Shown: positions 1-14,317 of the stretch, one piece after another
Layout of the letters: every line of letters starts with the position of its first letter
Numbering within the stretch: the first letter of the stretch is position 1
Origin: Octopus vulgaris
Taxonomy: Eukaryota
DNA length: 64,000 bases
Reading direction: 5' to 3'
Assembly (NCBI GenBank): GCA_951406725.2
Contig: OX597837.1
Location: 12,958,001 to 13,022,000 of the forward strand
Program-made: the position numbers and the translations under genes
Notes under the pieces: model-generated
Seen by the model: the letters and a program-made list of their open reading frames with translations, nothing else
The model's database searches: none
What the model was told of the DNA's origin: nothing

Positions 1-462
1 ACAAGATGTGTCTACAAGACATCTTGCCCAAAGCTCCAGACAAAGTCTGCGGCTGGAGAAGAAAGTTCCAGACATGTAAAGTAAGAAAAACTACAAGGAA
101 GCAACAGAGAAATTTGAAAAATAATTTATAGAAATTAATAAGAAAAAGCAAGTTATTTTATCTATGTTTTGTTTGGTTGTTTTCTTCTTTCGGTTTTCTT
201 TTCTCTCTTTTTTTACTTTTTTTTTTTAAATTCTCCTGTATAACATATTTCTATTGCTGTCAGTAGTAGTAGAAGTAGTAGTAGCAGTGTAAGGGTCCAA
301 TCAGTAAAGGTAGAGGTTTGTTTGGTTGTAAAGTATTCGGTTAAATGACGACATAGGCAGGTAGTGGTGGTGGTGGTAATTACTGGCAACAGGTGAGGAA
401 AACCAGAAAATTCTTCAGAAGTCGAGTCAGAAGTAAAAGAAGAAGAAGAAGAAGAAATGGTC

Positions 463-659
463 CTAAGTTTCTTGTTGCACTCTCAACACGACTGGGATCG
501 ACGAACACGGAATGGTGCCCAGTTCGGTGATGACGACCGTGATCAGCTCGGGGGGTGTGAAATCATAGACGAGATTCAACAGTGTGAGGGATTCGTACGA
601 TTTCCAGTCGGTCAGGCAGTCAGGTTGGTTGTCCAGGTGGATTAGGTCATCTGGATCAG
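463..659 (-). CDS. EIF2B4: eIF2B delta subunit, last coding exon (ADPDDL...[38 protein letters not shown])
   Basis: Matches the eIF2B-delta C-terminus (LNLVYD.TP..L...VITELG.IPCSS.PVVLR). Acceptor ttcAG at 660-661, phase 1, joins upstream SNEL-G to give SNELADPDDL. Confidence 0.95.
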
Positions 660-1172
660 CTGAATACAAGGAGAAGATGGAAAGAAAAACAACATTACTG
701 TAGTAATATCATTATTGATATCTTAAATCAGGGAACAGGAAAACTTGTTTAGGGGACAAAAAACTTACTGGAAATGCTTTTATATTTTGTAGTGCCGCCA
801 AACTGGCTCCCATGCCAGTGGCACGTAAAAAGCACCATTTGATTGGCCAGGGGCTACAGAAGAGGATACTTACTGAAGGCGCCATACAGTGGGACGGAGT
901 GGTACTTTTGGGGCAAATGGAAACCAATATGTTCCATGGCATTTGTGAAGGATTGAAATACTTTGAGTGAGGCTGAGTGGGAAGGAGTAATTGTGGCTTC
1001 AGAAAAATGGTAGTACCAGCCCACGTACCAGCTTTCATTATCATCATTTTAACAACCATGTTTCCATGGTTGCACAAGAAGTCAGATGAAGTCAACCTTT
1101 ACTTCATCTCCAAGCAAGGTAATGTTTCACAAGAGAATGTTTTGGTAGAATATTGGAAACGAACAACATTCA

Positions 1173-1402
1173 TTAACCCTTTCGTTACCAACCCGGCTGA
1201 AACCGCCTCTGACTCTATAGTACAAATGTCTTGTTTTCATAAGTTTTGGATTAAAATCTTCCACCAAACCTTAGTCACAGTTTATGTTCCTAACACTAGC
1301 TTAATGATAACTAAGTTATTTTACTAAATTCATTGTTATATTTAAAATTAATTGAAAGAAACACAGAGCATCTCAACAGAAATATGGTAACAAAAGGGTT
1401 AA
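1173..1402. mobile_element. piggyBac-type MITE
   Basis: TTAA|CCCTT...AAGGG|TTAA termini; related copies at 15739-16728 (four) and 19438-19667. Confidence 0.75.
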
Positions 1403-1652
1403 CAACATTCACTCGATGCCAAGACAAAATTCAAACACATACATGCATATATACACGACAGGCTTCTTACAGATTCCATCTACCAAATTCAGTTAAAAGG
1501 AATCGGTCAGCCTGGAACTATAGAAGCAGACACTTGCCCCGAGTCTGAAACAGTAAGTGGTTCCAAAACAAGCTTCTTAACCGCAAAGCCTTACCTGCGG
1601 CAGGTGTTAATTAGAAATCAGAGGCAAATGATAAATGAGTGAAAATAGTTAC

Positions 1653-1833
1653 CCAGCTCGTTAGAAACAAACGAATCAGCTTGTACACGTTCGCTGAATT
1701 TGTGTGTCTCACAGAAAACCAGAACCGGCACCGTGTAAGCCTTCGCCATCATACACAGCAAGGATGTACCAGCTCGAGACATAATGTAACCATTCGCCAA
1801 AGCAGCGTGAGCACCGAGAAAGACTTTTGTTGC
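1653..1833 (-). CDS. EIF2B4: eIF2B delta exon ([23 protein letters not shown]...[24 protein letters not shown])
   Basis: Hallmark IF-2B family motifs GAHA.LANG..MSR.GT and ET.KF; ttccAG acceptor, GTAACT donor; 181 nt. Confidence 0.95.
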
Positions 1834-4044
1834 CTGGAAAACAGAAGAGAAGACAATAAAATACCGAAGAATATAAAAATACATAAAACCCTACAAATAC
1901 CGAATAATATACTTCCTTCTTATTTTTATTTATATATTCATAAATATATTTCTTTACTACCCACAAGGGGCTAAACACAGAGGGGACAAACAAACGGATA
2001 AAGGCAAGTATATCGACCCCAATGCGTAACTGGTACTTAATTTATCGACCACGAAAGGCAAAGTCGACCTGGGCGGAATTTGAACTCAGAACGTAGCGGC
2101 AGACGAAATACCTATTTCTTTACTACCCACAAGGGGCTAAACACAGAGGGGACAAACAAGGACAGACAAACGGATTAAGGCGAGTATACCGACCCCAATG
2201 CATAACTGGTACTTAATTTATCAACCCCGAAAGGATGAAAGGCAAAGTCGACCTCAGTGGAATTTGAACTCAGAACATAACAGCAGACGAAATACGGCTA
2301 CGCATTTCGCCTGGCGTGCTAACGATTCTGCCAGCTCGCAAATAAATAGATAAACAGTGGATCAGAAATTAAATGTTTCTTAATTCTTTAGAATTGAATC
2401 CAGCCATATCCGTCCAAAACAGTCTACTTGCTTTACGTTCAAACTGGCCAGATCTGGTATCTCGCATCTACCCCACAATGTCATTTTGAACATAAGCATT
2501 ACTAACTAAATTCTCCTTGGAGAATGGCATCATGTAAGAAGCATCCAGTACCCTCTGTTAATTGGTTGGAATTAGGAAGAGCATCCAGCTATAGAACTGA
2601 CACTCTGTCGGTTATGATGACGGGGGTTCCAGTCGATTCAATCAATGGAACAGCCTGCTCTTGGAATTAATGTGCAAGTGGCCGAGCACCCCACAGACAT
2701 GTGTAGCCATAATGTAGTTCCCAGGGAGAATCAGCACAGCATAGAGTATGACAAGGCTTTTGAATTACATTTTTGCCAGGAGAGCAGACTGGAGCAACAT
2801 GAAATTAAATGTCTTGCACAAGGGCACAATACGCTGCCAGGAATTGAACTCATGACCTTACAATCATAAGCCAAACACCTTAACCACTGAGCCACATGCT
2901 TTCCAGCAAGGGAAACCATGCCAAAGAAGACAACAGAGCAAATGTCCAACCTGGGGGGTTCTCAACCATTTCTTTACCTGTGGACCCCTTTTATTCCCAT
3001 GTTATTTGGGTGGATCCCCACAGCCAATCGATGCTTAAAAACTCTTTTTATTCTTTTATTTGGTTCAGTCATTTGACTGCAGTCATGCTGGAGCACCGCC
3101 TTTAGTCAAACGAATCAACCCCAGGACTTATTCTTTGTAAGCTTAGTACTTATTCTATCAGTCTCTTTTGCCAAACTGCTAAGTTACAGGGACATATACA
3201 CACCAACATCGGTTGTCAAGCAATGGTGGGCAGGACAAACACAGACACACAAACATATACATTCATATATACGATGGGCTTCTTTCAGTTTCCCTCTACC
3301 AAATTCACTCAAAAGGCTTTGGTTGGCCCAATGCTATAGTAGAAGACACTTGCCCAAAGCACCACGCAGTGGGACTGAACCTGGAATCATGTAGTTCATA
3401 AGCAAGCCACTTACCACACAGCCACTTCTACACCTATATTTTTTTTGGTATTTTTATAATTGAATACTATATAAAAATTATTAAAATATTTTCGGTATTG
3501 GGGACGTATGACTAATTTATTGTACACTAGCAGTATCGCCCGGCGTTGCTCGGGTTTGTAAGGAAAATTACTATAAAGCATTTTTAGAGAGTTATAGCCA
3601 AAAAATAGCAAAAAAATGGAAAAAAAATTATGGTAAGTTTTTTTTTTGAGAGTTAAAAAGGTCGAGTTGCGTCCCCTAGACAGTCTGTGGTTTGTGTTTC
3701 TGATTCTCGACCCTATGTCGAATTTATCGATTTTTTTCAGAACTGGAGGAACTTTTCAAAATTTTCGCTGCGTTAGTTTTGAATTATGACTTTGGGCTAT
3801 GTGTGTGTCAAGTTTCATCAGAATCGGTTGAAAGCCGTGGTCAGGGTGAGGGTACAAGCAAACAGACACACAGACACGCACACAGACAAACTGCCGTTTA
3901 TATAGAGAGAGATAAACTTTGTTTGGTCTGAAGTACAATTTTTTCATGGCCCCTAAAAAATTACTGCGGACCCCAAAAATCATATATGGAACCCAGTTGA
4001 GAAACCCTGGTCTAACCCATGCCTGCATGGAAAACAGATGTTAA

Positions 4045-4109
<65 letters not shown>

Positions 4110-4219
4110 AGATTTCTGATGATAATGTTTTTTGTTTTATTTTAAAAAAATTTTCCTTAAACAAATCTCAATTTAAACCAATTAAAATATTAGATAATGG
4201 ACAAGAAATAGTAATTTAC

Positions 4220-4305
4220 CTTCTGCATTGCATAGGAAATGGCACTGATCAGCACATAGGAACACTCCACACCGTTTTTAACCAAAACTTCTACTGTTTT
4301 CTTAC
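4220..4305 (-). CDS. EIF2B4: eIF2B delta exon (GKKTVEVLVKNGVECSYVLISAISYAMQK)
   Basis: Not in the ORF track; ttttAG and GTAAAT boundaries, 86 nt, phases match both neighbours. Confidence 0.9.
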
Positions 4306-5483
4306 CTAAAATATAAACAAAAAATGCAAACATCAATAAAAGACAATGGTAGAATGGTTAACTGTTAATCTCAGGTGAAGTACGGTCACAGCAGTGTGGC
4401 CAAGAAGCTTGCTTCCTAACCTTGTGGTCTTGTGTTCAATCCCACTCCCTGGCACCTTAGACAAATGCCATCAAATACAGCCCTGGGCTGACCAAAGTCT
4501 TGTGATTAGGTTTAGTAGATGGAAACTGGAAGAAGCTCATCGTGTGTGTGTGTGTGTGTGTGTGTAAAAGTATGTGGGTGAGTAAGTGGGTGTGTGTGTG
4601 TATGTGGGTACCCTCGTTTTGACATCATGAGATGGTTGTAAATGAGCATCACTGTCATACAAGTGGTGTTGTTTTTTTCCAGTCTTCTCTGAAAGACATG
4701 GTCTGGTTATGGAAAAATATTACCTTGCCAGGAAACAGGTGAAGGCTGGCAACAGGAAGGGCATCAGGAAGTTGAAAATCTGCCTCAACAAAGTCTATCT
4801 GATCCATGCAAGCATGGAAAAGTGGACATTAAATGATGATGATGGTGATGATGATGATGACAGAATGGTTAACTCTATTTGTATGAGATGTATGACTGTT
4901 GATGAAGAAGTTGCACTTTTCTTACTTCAGACCAAGAACAGCCAAGTCCAATAAAGCGTCAGGTATCAAGGCGGCGAGCTGGCAGAATCGTTAGCATGCC
5001 GGATGAAATGCTTAGCGGTATTTCGTCTGTCGTTACGTTCTGAGTTCAAATTCCGCCCTTGACTTTGCCTTTCATCCTTTCAGGGTCGATAAATTAAGTA
5101 CCATTTCCGCACTGGGGTCGATGTAATCGACTTAATACCTATGTCTGTCCTTGTTTGTCCCCTTGTGGGTAATAAAGAAATAAGAATCGTTAGCATGCAG
5201 GGCAAAACTCCTTAGCGGTATTTCGTCTGTCTTTACGTTCTGATTTCAAATTGTCAGGAGACAACATCAAGCTCTGCTGTCTGCCTTGGCATGGCTTCTA
5301 TGGCTGGATACCCTTCCTGACACCAACCACTTTACAGAGTGTACCATGTGGCCCCAGCAGCCCATAACACTAAGTGCAGTAATGTTGTTTGAACTCTCAA
5401 GAACGTGATCAGCTTCCCATGTCAAACCTTGAAAATAATAAAATGCAATGGAAAGCAAATTGATTGTTTTTTTAAATACTTAC

Positions 5484-5575
5484 CTTCCATTCGAGGCCGA
5501 GAATCTACTACAATTACACTGAATCGTTTGTTGTGCTTTTTAGCATCAATTAAGATTTCACGCACCAGCGATGAC
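5484..5575 (-). CDS. EIF2B4: eIF2B delta exon (SSLVREILIDAKKHNKRFSVIVVDSRPRME)
   Basis: F.VIVVDSRP..EG motif; aacAG and GTAAGT boundaries; 92 nt. Confidence 0.95.
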
Positions 5576-7376
5576 CTGTTTGTTGAGTGGAACGTAAGAA
5601 GAACAAATATGAAATTAAAAAAAAGCATATATTTCATATAAAGATTTTAATTATAGCACACACAGACCCATACACACACATATTTGCATGGCAAAATTAA
5701 ATAGTACAACTGTTAATCTCCAAAGTTCAAAATATTTTCGAGAGGCCAGTCGGGGCAGCGCTGGAAAGTGGCCGTTGCCAGCGCCGGCCCGACTGGCCTC
5801 ATGCCGGTGGCACGTAAAAAGTACCGTCCGTTCGTGGCCATTGCCAGCCCCGCCTGGCCCCCGTGCCGGCGGCACGTAAAAAGCACCATCCGATCGTGGC
5901 CGTCTGCCAGACTCCCCTGGCACCTGTGCAGGTGGCATGTAAAAAGCCCCCATTACACTCACAGAGTGGTTGGCGTTAGGAAGGGCATCCAGCCATAGAA
6001 ACATTGCCAGATCAGACTGGGCCTAGTGCAGCCTTCTGGCTTCTCAGACCCCAGTTGAACCGTCCAACCCATGCTAGCATGGAAAGCGGACGCTAAATGG
6101 TGATGATGATGATGTGCCAAAAATGGAAAATTCCAGACAGCAATCAGAAGGTTTCCTTAAAATATCAGCTAAGCTAAAGTACTTTTCTTTGTTTAAGATA
6201 TACTAGCAGTATAGCCCAGCGTTGCTCAGGTTTGTTCTTTAGTTGCGCTTAAAACGGCAGACTTTGATATCGTGTTAACAAAGTTTTGACATAGTTTCAA
6301 TCTTTTTTGAAAAGTAAAAATTTTGCATTATGTAGCTTGTTATTCTCTTTAAGTGAACATTTTTCTGGTTGAAATACACCGAAAAATGGCGACACAGCAG
6401 TAAAAAAAATCATTAAAAAATAGGGATTTTCATAGAAAAAAAGCACCTTTTTGATGTAAATAATTTTTGGTGTTAACATGGTCCGATTTGAATTTTTTCT
6501 TCTACGGAAGGAAGAGCAAGCCTTCTTTTATCATACTCTCAATTTTGGTCAACTTGTGCCGCAGGGTCTCAGAGGAGATAGCGTTAGTTGAAGGCTACCA
6601 AACCTGCCACACACACACACACAGACAACTTCAGCTTTATATGTATAGATTAGAACCATTTTATATTGATTATTTAGTATTTGGTATCCTCTTGTGCATT
6701 CGGTACCTTTTAGCGCAAAATTTGGTTCCATCACAAAATGTATTTTTGTGGCTCTGAACTGGACAAGCATTAAATTTATATAAAGCTCCATTCATAGTTT
6801 ATGGAAATAGATAATGCATTAAGTGTAGGGATGGGTGTGTGGTAGAGAAGCTTGCTTCCTAACCATGTGGTCTCAGGTTCTGTGCCACTAAGCGTCTTCT
6901 ACCACAGCCAAAGGTCAACCAAAGCCTTTTGGGTGGATCTGGCGGACAGAAACTGCCAGTGTGTGTGTGTGTGTGTGTGCGCACACTCTCGTCATGACAT
7001 CTCATGTTGATTGTAAACAAGCATCACTGTCATACAAGTGGTGTTATTCCGTAAAAAAAAACCCACATCTGCCCATGGTATTACCTTGCTCGGAAAGAGG
7101 GGAGGGGAGGCAATAAGAAGGGCAATAATAAGGCAGCGAGCTGGCAGAAATGTTAGCATGCAGGGCAAAATTGCTTAGCAGTATTTCATTTGCCTTTACG
7201 TTCTGAGTTCAAATTCCACAGAGGTCAACTTTGCCTTTCATCCATTCGGGGTCAATCTAATCGACTGCCCCCTCCCCTCCAAAACCACACTTGTACCTAT
7301 AGGAATAATTCTTGACAAAACTCAAAGACCAAAAAAAAAAAAGACCAAAAAAAAGAAAACATTGCAAGGTACACAC

Positions 7377-7504
7377 CCTGAATATACAATGATTACATCA
7401 TCATCTTCTATCTTCTCTTTTGCTTTCAGGAAAATAGCATCTGCAGCTAAATATAGCTTCTCTTTGATGTATCGATCAATAAAATCCACCAATTTTTCCT
7501 TGGC
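7377..7504 (-). CDS. EIF2B4: eIF2B delta exon (AKEKLVDFIDRYIKEKLYLAADAIFLKAKEKIEDDDVIIVYSG)
   Basis: Family-like translation; gaAG acceptor; GTGTGT donor chosen because it gives the required phase 2; 128 nt. Confidence 0.9.
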
Positions 7505-7558
7505 CTTCAACAGAAAATTAAGGATGGTTAAGAGAAGAAAAAGAAAAACAACAATAAA

Positions 7559-7589
<31 letters not shown>

Positions 7590-8929
7590 GCAGCAAAAGT
7601 TAACAAATGCATATGTACAAAGTAACATTTCTTCTGGTGTTTTACCGCTTGGCAAGTTTCATTTTTCTCTTTTTTAACCAAAAAAAAAAGAAAAATCTAT
7701 TTAACTCCCCACCCCACCCCACAAGGCTTCACTGAAGCAATCAACGTTTAAATTAGACGTCTACAAACAAGACGTACCTGTTCGTTTTAAACTCTTTTAG
7801 TTTTTTTTTATTTCTTGGACTCTTCTTAATTAAGGGTCGTTAACCTAGTTTTAACGTGCATCGTTAAGAATTATGATGGAACACACACGTTTCATTTTCC
7901 ATGTGTTTTTTTTTGTTTTTTACAGATATTTCTTATTAACGATGTTACTGTTATCATCATTATTATCACCATCATCATCGTCATCATCTGATGGCAGAAC
8001 CATTAGAGCAGTATTTGTTTCAAGTCTTTTACATTCTGAGTTCAAATCCCACTAGGGTCAATTTTGTTTTCCATTCTTTCAGGGTCGATAAAATAAAATA
8101 CCAGTCAAGGACCAGGGAAATTAGAAACAATTAATTTTATTATTAATTTGTGAAGACCTGTTGAGGCAAGTGAGGATCAGAATCGAAATCGATCAGTGGA
8201 AATCGCAGATGTGTTACCAGTGCCGGTGGCATGTAAGAGAACCATCCGTTCGTGACCGTTGCCAGCGCCGCCCCGACTGGCCTTGTGCCGGTGGCACGTA
8301 AAAAGCACCATCCGTTCGTGTCCGTTGCCAGCCTCGCCTGGCCCCCGTGCCGGTGGCACATAAAAAGCACCATCCGTTCATGGCCATTTGCCAGCTCTGT
8401 CTGGCACCTGTGCGGGTGGCACGTAAAAAGCACCCACTACACTCATGGAGTGGTTGGCGTTAGGAAGGGCATCCAGCCATAGAAACACTGCCAGATCTGA
8501 CTGGGCCTGATGAAGCCTTCCGGCTTCACAGACCCCAGTTGAACCGTCCAACCCATGCTAGCATGGAAAACGGACGCTAAACGATGATGATGATGATGAA
8601 GGTGGTGAGCTGGTAGAATCGTTAACATGCCGGGCGAAATACTTCTGTATTTCGCCCATTACTACATTCTGAGTTCAAATTTCACCAAGGTCTTTGCCTT
8701 TCATCCATCTGAGGTCAACAAATGATCGCTTAACGTTCGCTTTTCATGCTGGCATGGGTTGGATGGTTTGACTGAGGGCTGGAAAGCCAGAAGTCTGCAC
8801 CAGGCTTCAATCCGATCAGGCAAAGTTTCTACAGCTGGATGCCCTTCTAAACACCAACCACTTTGAGAACGTACTGGGTGCACTTTATGTGCCATCGGCA
8901 CATGGGCCAGTCAGGTGGTACTGGCATCA

Positions 8930-8960
<31 letters not shown>

Positions 8961-9090
8961 TATATATGCACACACATATACACACACACACATATATAGA
9001 TACACACACATATATATATACATACACACACACACATACATACACACACACACATATATATATACATATATATACACATATATATATACA

Positions 9091-9126
<36 letters not shown>

Positions 9127-11198
9127 TGCATACACACACACACACATTTATTTTTTTATTTATTTCGAAAAAGAATACAATTCTAATTGCTATGATTGCT
9201 TCATCCTAATTACAATTATCATCCATCATCGTTACTACCACCATCATAATAATAATAATAATAATAATCAGCACAATCTATAATTTCTTTTGACCAACTC
9301 CAACGTATCTTATACAGGAAAAAGAGCAAAAAAACTGATTAAATCCAATTCCAGTGCATCACACAAATTAATTCTTATCAAGTGTAGGGATGCCAGACAT
9401 AATTGGCCCCAATGGGATTTTTGCAAACCAGAATATTGAGGGGGGAGGGGGAGAAAAAAGAGGCTAAATCCAGTCCAATATCTACTGTACTAACCAACAT
9501 TCTTATTATTCTTCTTTTTCATCTTCTTCTTTGTCATCATCATCATCATTTAACGTCCATGTTCCATGCTGGCATGGGTTGGACAGTTTGAACCCAGAAT
9601 CATGTGGTTGGGAACCAAGCTTCCTGCCATGCCTCTCACCACATAGCCATACCTGTTTATAAGACAGGATGCTTTTCTCTTAAGAGATGTTATCTCAGAT
9701 GAAAACTCCGGGCATCTTGCCCATCAATGGTGTACATACATAGATTACTGTTTTCATTCAATAATGCTCAATTGCACACATTCCGTTTATAGGTTATGTT
9801 GCATTACTTTTCGAAGGCAGCAACCTAGCAGAATCATTAGCACGCTGAGCAAAATGCCTAGCGGTATTTCGTTCGTCTTAACGTTCTGAGTTCAAATTCT
9901 GCCGAGGTCGACTTTGCCTTTCATCCTTTCGGGGCCGATTAAATAAGTACCAGTTATGCACTGGTGTTAATATAATCAACTTAATCCGTTTGTCTGTCCT
10001 TGTTTGTCCCCTCTGTGTTTAACCCCTTGTGGGTAGTAAAGAAATAGATATTTCGTTCATCCTAACGTTCTGAGTTCAAATTCCGCCGAGGTTAATTTTG
10101 CCTTTCATCCTTTCGAGGTCAATTAAATAAGTACCAGTTACGCACTGGGGTCAATGTAATCGACTTAATCCCATTGTCTGTCCCCTCTATGTTTAGCCCC
10201 TTGTGGGCAATAAAGAAATAAATATTTTTCTCCCCATTAAGGTGCCAAGCTGGCAGAATGATTAGCATGCCAGGCAAAATGTTCTGCCGCTACATTCTGG
10301 GTTCAAATTCCGCCACGGTTGACGTTGCCTTTCATCCTTTTGGGGTGGATTAAATAAGTACTAGTTATGCACTGGGGTCGATGTCATCATCATCATCATC
10401 ATCATCGTTTAACGTCCGTTTTCCATGCTAGCATGGGTTGGACGGTTCGACCGGGGATCTGGGAAGCCAGAAGGCTGCACCAGGCTCCAGTCTGATCTGG
10501 CAGTGTTTCTACAGCTGGATGCCCTTCCTAACGCCAACCACTCCGCAAGTGTAGTGGGTGCTTTTTACGTGCCACCTGCACTGGTGCCAGGCGAGGCTGG
10601 CAACGGCCACGATCGGATTGGTGCATTTTACGTGCCACCGACACAGAAGCCAGTCAAGGCGGCGCTGGCATTGGCCACGATTCGGATGGTGCTTTTTACG
10701 TGCCACCGGCACGGAAGCCAGTCAAGTGCCGGTGGCATGTAAAAAGCACCATCCGATGTAATTGACTTAATCCCTATGTCTGTCCTTGTTTGACCCCTCT
10801 ATGTTTAGCCCCCGCAGTTGATCCAATCAACAGAACAGCCTGCTTGTGAAATTAACATGCAAGTGGCTGAGCACTCCACGTACCCCATGTACCCTTAATA
10901 TAGTTCTCAGGGAGATTCAACATGACACAGAATGTGACAAGGCTAACCCCTTCTGAATTACAGGTACAACTCATTTTTGCCAGGTGAGTGGAAAGGATCA
11001 ACGTGAAATAAAGTGTCTTGCTCAAGGACACAATGCGTTGTCAGGAATTGAGCTCATGGCCTTACAATCGTAAGCTGCACACTCTAACCACTAAGCCAAA
11101 CGCTTTCACAAGATCTCGATATCAGTCAAAAACCCTGACCCTGTAACCCTTATTTCTGTATCAAGTCCCCTAATTGCAGTTCGTCACAAGATACTTAC

Positions 11199-11301
11199 AT
11201 CTTTTTCATCCACTTCGGGACTGATGAGTGAAATATTTCTCTTCAAAGATCGAATGGCGTTCCTCATACTCACAGAAAGATGTCGGCAAGTAACCAAAAA
11301 G
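11199..11301 (-). CDS. EIF2B4: eIF2B delta exon (FLVTCRHLSVSMRNAIRSLKRNISLISPEVDEKD)
   Basis: Equivalent of the CRPLS.SM.NAI motif; tttAG and GTAAGT boundaries; 103 nt. Confidence 0.92.
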
Positions 11302-12608
11302 CTAAAAGAACAGGAAAGAGATAAAGAAGAAAAGAGAAAATGAAAAACAAGATGGAAAAAACAAAAAAAAAAAAACCATCCGAAATCGAAATCTTTCAAC
11401 ATCAATGGAAAATGTAGTTGAGATACCAGTGCCGGTGGCATGTAAGAGAACTGTCCAAACATGGCCGTTGCCAGCGCTGCCCAGACTGGCCTGCCCCCCG
11501 TGCCGGTGGCACGTAAAAAGCACCATCCGATCGTGGCCGTTTGCCAGCCTCGTCTGGCACCTGTGCAGGTGGCACGTAAAAAGCACCCACTACACTCTCG
11601 GAGTGGTTGGCGTTAGGAAGGGCATCCAGCCGTAGAAACATTGCCAGATCAGACTGGGCCTGGTGCAGCCTCCTGGCTTCCCAGACCCCAGTTGCACCAT
11701 CCAACCATGCCAGCATGGAAAGCGGACGCTAAACGATGATGATGATGATGATGATGATGGATTGAGATTTTAATTCATTATTTTTTTTTACTTATTTTGG
11801 TCATTGCCTTGTGTGTGGCCATTCTAAGGCACCATCTCGAAGGGTTTAATTTATATTCCAACTTTAAGTTAATAATGAGGAAACTTTTTAACTAAACCCA
11901 AAACCAAGTGTTTGGGAAATGCATTTCTTAACCCCACAACCATTCTGGGCTTAAATTACTTTTTTGCTTGACTAGAAGAAATAGTTTATTTGTAGAACAA
12001 ACCAAGAAATAGCAATGGAACTAGATTTCTCGGTCAAGAAAACTGAATGGAGCAAGCAGTGTTATGTCCTTGTCTCAAAGTTTATGGCTGAAAGAAGCCG
12101 ACCTCTGAGCCTTGTTCATCCAATGCGTGGTCAAAAAAAAAACAAAAAAAAAAAAACAGTGGTGTGGGTGCTGGGGCCACGTAAAAAGCACCCAATGCAC
12201 TCTGTAAAATGACTGGCATTCGGAAGAGCATCCAGTCATAGAAACCATGCCAAAGCAGACTATGGAACCAGGTGTGTTCCTGGGCCTTATAAGTTCCTGT
12301 TAAGCCATCCAACTCATACCAGCATGGAAAATGGACGATAAATCCTTTCCACTAAAGGCACAAGGCCTGAAATTTGGGGCCTGGGGACTAGTCGATTGCA
12401 ATGACCCCAGTGTTTCACTAGTACTTAATTTATCGACCCCGAAACGATGAAAGGCAAAGTCGACCTCGGCGGAATTTGAACTCAGAACGTAACAGCAGGT
12501 GAAATACTGCTAACGATTCTGCCAGCTCGCCTGGACGATAAATGATGATGATGATGATGATGATGAATGAAACAAAAGTGAAAAACAAGTGAGAGGAGAA
12601 TATCTTAC

Positions 12609-12685
12609 TCAATACTGTGTCTGATTCGATGCTCCAGATCTCGGCTGAGTTCTTTCTCTGTTGGTGTAGAATATTCACGAATAAC
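12609..12685 (-). CDS. EIF2B4: eIF2B delta exon (VIREYSTPTEKELSRDLEHRIRHSID)
   Basis: VI..Y.TP...ELSRDL motif; tgtAG and GTAAGA boundaries; 77 nt. Confidence 0.92.
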
Positions 12686-13225
12686 CTACAAAAAGGCAGA
12701 AAAGAAGAAAAAAAACATCAATTTTTAATACGAAAATCTATTGAAAATAATAATTTTTTTCTTTATTAGCTCAAAGGTACAAATTGGTGGGGAGGAAGAA
12801 CAGTTGATTGAAGGGACCTCACTATATGGCTGTTCTTTAACCCTTCCGTTACCACATTTTATGTTAAAGTACACTGCATTTGTTTCAATTAATTTTGAAA
12901 GCACCCACTACACTCTCGGAGTGGTTGGCGTTAGGAAGGGCATCCAGCTGTCGAAACTCTGCCAGATCAAGATTGAAGCCTGGTGCAGCCATCTGGTTCA
13001 CCAGTCCTCAGTCAAATCGTCCAACCCATGCTAGCATGGAAAGCGGATGTTAAACGATGATGATGATGAAGCATGGTTGTGTGGTAAGAAGCTTGCTTTC
13101 AAACCTCATGGCTCTGGGTTCAGTCCAATTGCGTGCCACTTTGAGCAAGTATGTTCTACTATAGCCTTGGTCCAACCAAAACTTAGTGAGCAGATTTGAT
13201 AGATGGAAACTGAAAGAAGCCCATC

Positions 13226-13277
<52 letters not shown>

Positions 13278-13838
13278 CAAAATAAGCAACAAGAATGACT
13301 CCGTACTACATCATTTTATTAAATGTTGTAAGTATTACGACAGTTTTAAAATGCTGAGCACTCATCAGCCAATTATAGAGGTTTTCCATTAATACATAAT
13401 TTTCATATCAAGTGGCAACATTATAGAGAAGGTAGATATATAGACAAAGATTGCGGATTTAGATTTTAAGAACATTTGAGGTAGTGGAGCCCATCAACTG
13501 ACTGACTAGGATTCAGTTGTTCGTTCTGAGAGGGAAGAACAAATGAAAGGAGACAATAAAGATTTTCTAATTATAGAAATGGGGTAAAGGGGATATCAGA
13601 GCTCCATATAAGGAATTTATGTAGAAAACAGCATGTATATATGTCTATTAGTATGTCGATCAAAGCACATTCACCGTTTTGGGCTACCTGGTGTCATCCA
13701 CAAATATCTTGACAAGTACATGCATTCCATGGAGTCCAACTCATGCTAGAATGGAAAAGGGGACACAAAATGAAGACGGTGACAAAATGGGAGGCAAGAA
13801 AAGATTGCAAAAATATATATAAAAAAACACACACTTAC

Positions 13839-13953
13839 TTGTTGAAGCGCTCGCAGTAAACTGATGCAGCGTGCATTTGAGCCACAAATTAGGCCCCGTG
13901 AATATAAAAGACCCAATTGAATAATGGCAGGATGAACATTACAGTTTTTGAAT
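13839..13953 (-). CDS. EIF2B4: eIF2B delta exon ([38 protein letters not shown])
   Basis: Diagnostic HPA...LGL.YS.GL..GSNARCI.LLRALQQ; acAG and GTAAGT boundaries; 115 nt. Confidence 0.95.
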
Positions 13954-14253
13954 CTGTTAATAGAGTGGGGGGAAAAAAGAATAATTAGAATATATTAATG
14001 ACTAGAAAATATATACACACATACACACACACCCATCATTCGTTTTATACTCTTAATCTCTTTTACTCTTTTACTTGTTTCAGTCATTTGACTGCGGCCA
14101 TGCTGGAGCACCGCCTTTTAGTCGAGTAAATCGACCCCGGGACTTATTCTTTGTAAGCCCAGTACTTATTCTATCGGTCTTTTTTGCCGAACCGCTACGT
14201 GACGGGGACGTAAACACACCAGCATCGGTTTTCAAGCAATGCTAGGGGGACAA

Positions 14254-14317
<64 letters not shown>

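Noticed and set aside
8507-8535. CTGATGA followed by a hairpin (also 27133 and about 32300)
   Set aside because: No correctly placed GAAA, stem III or stem I; the 8507 site is a mutated family C repeat.
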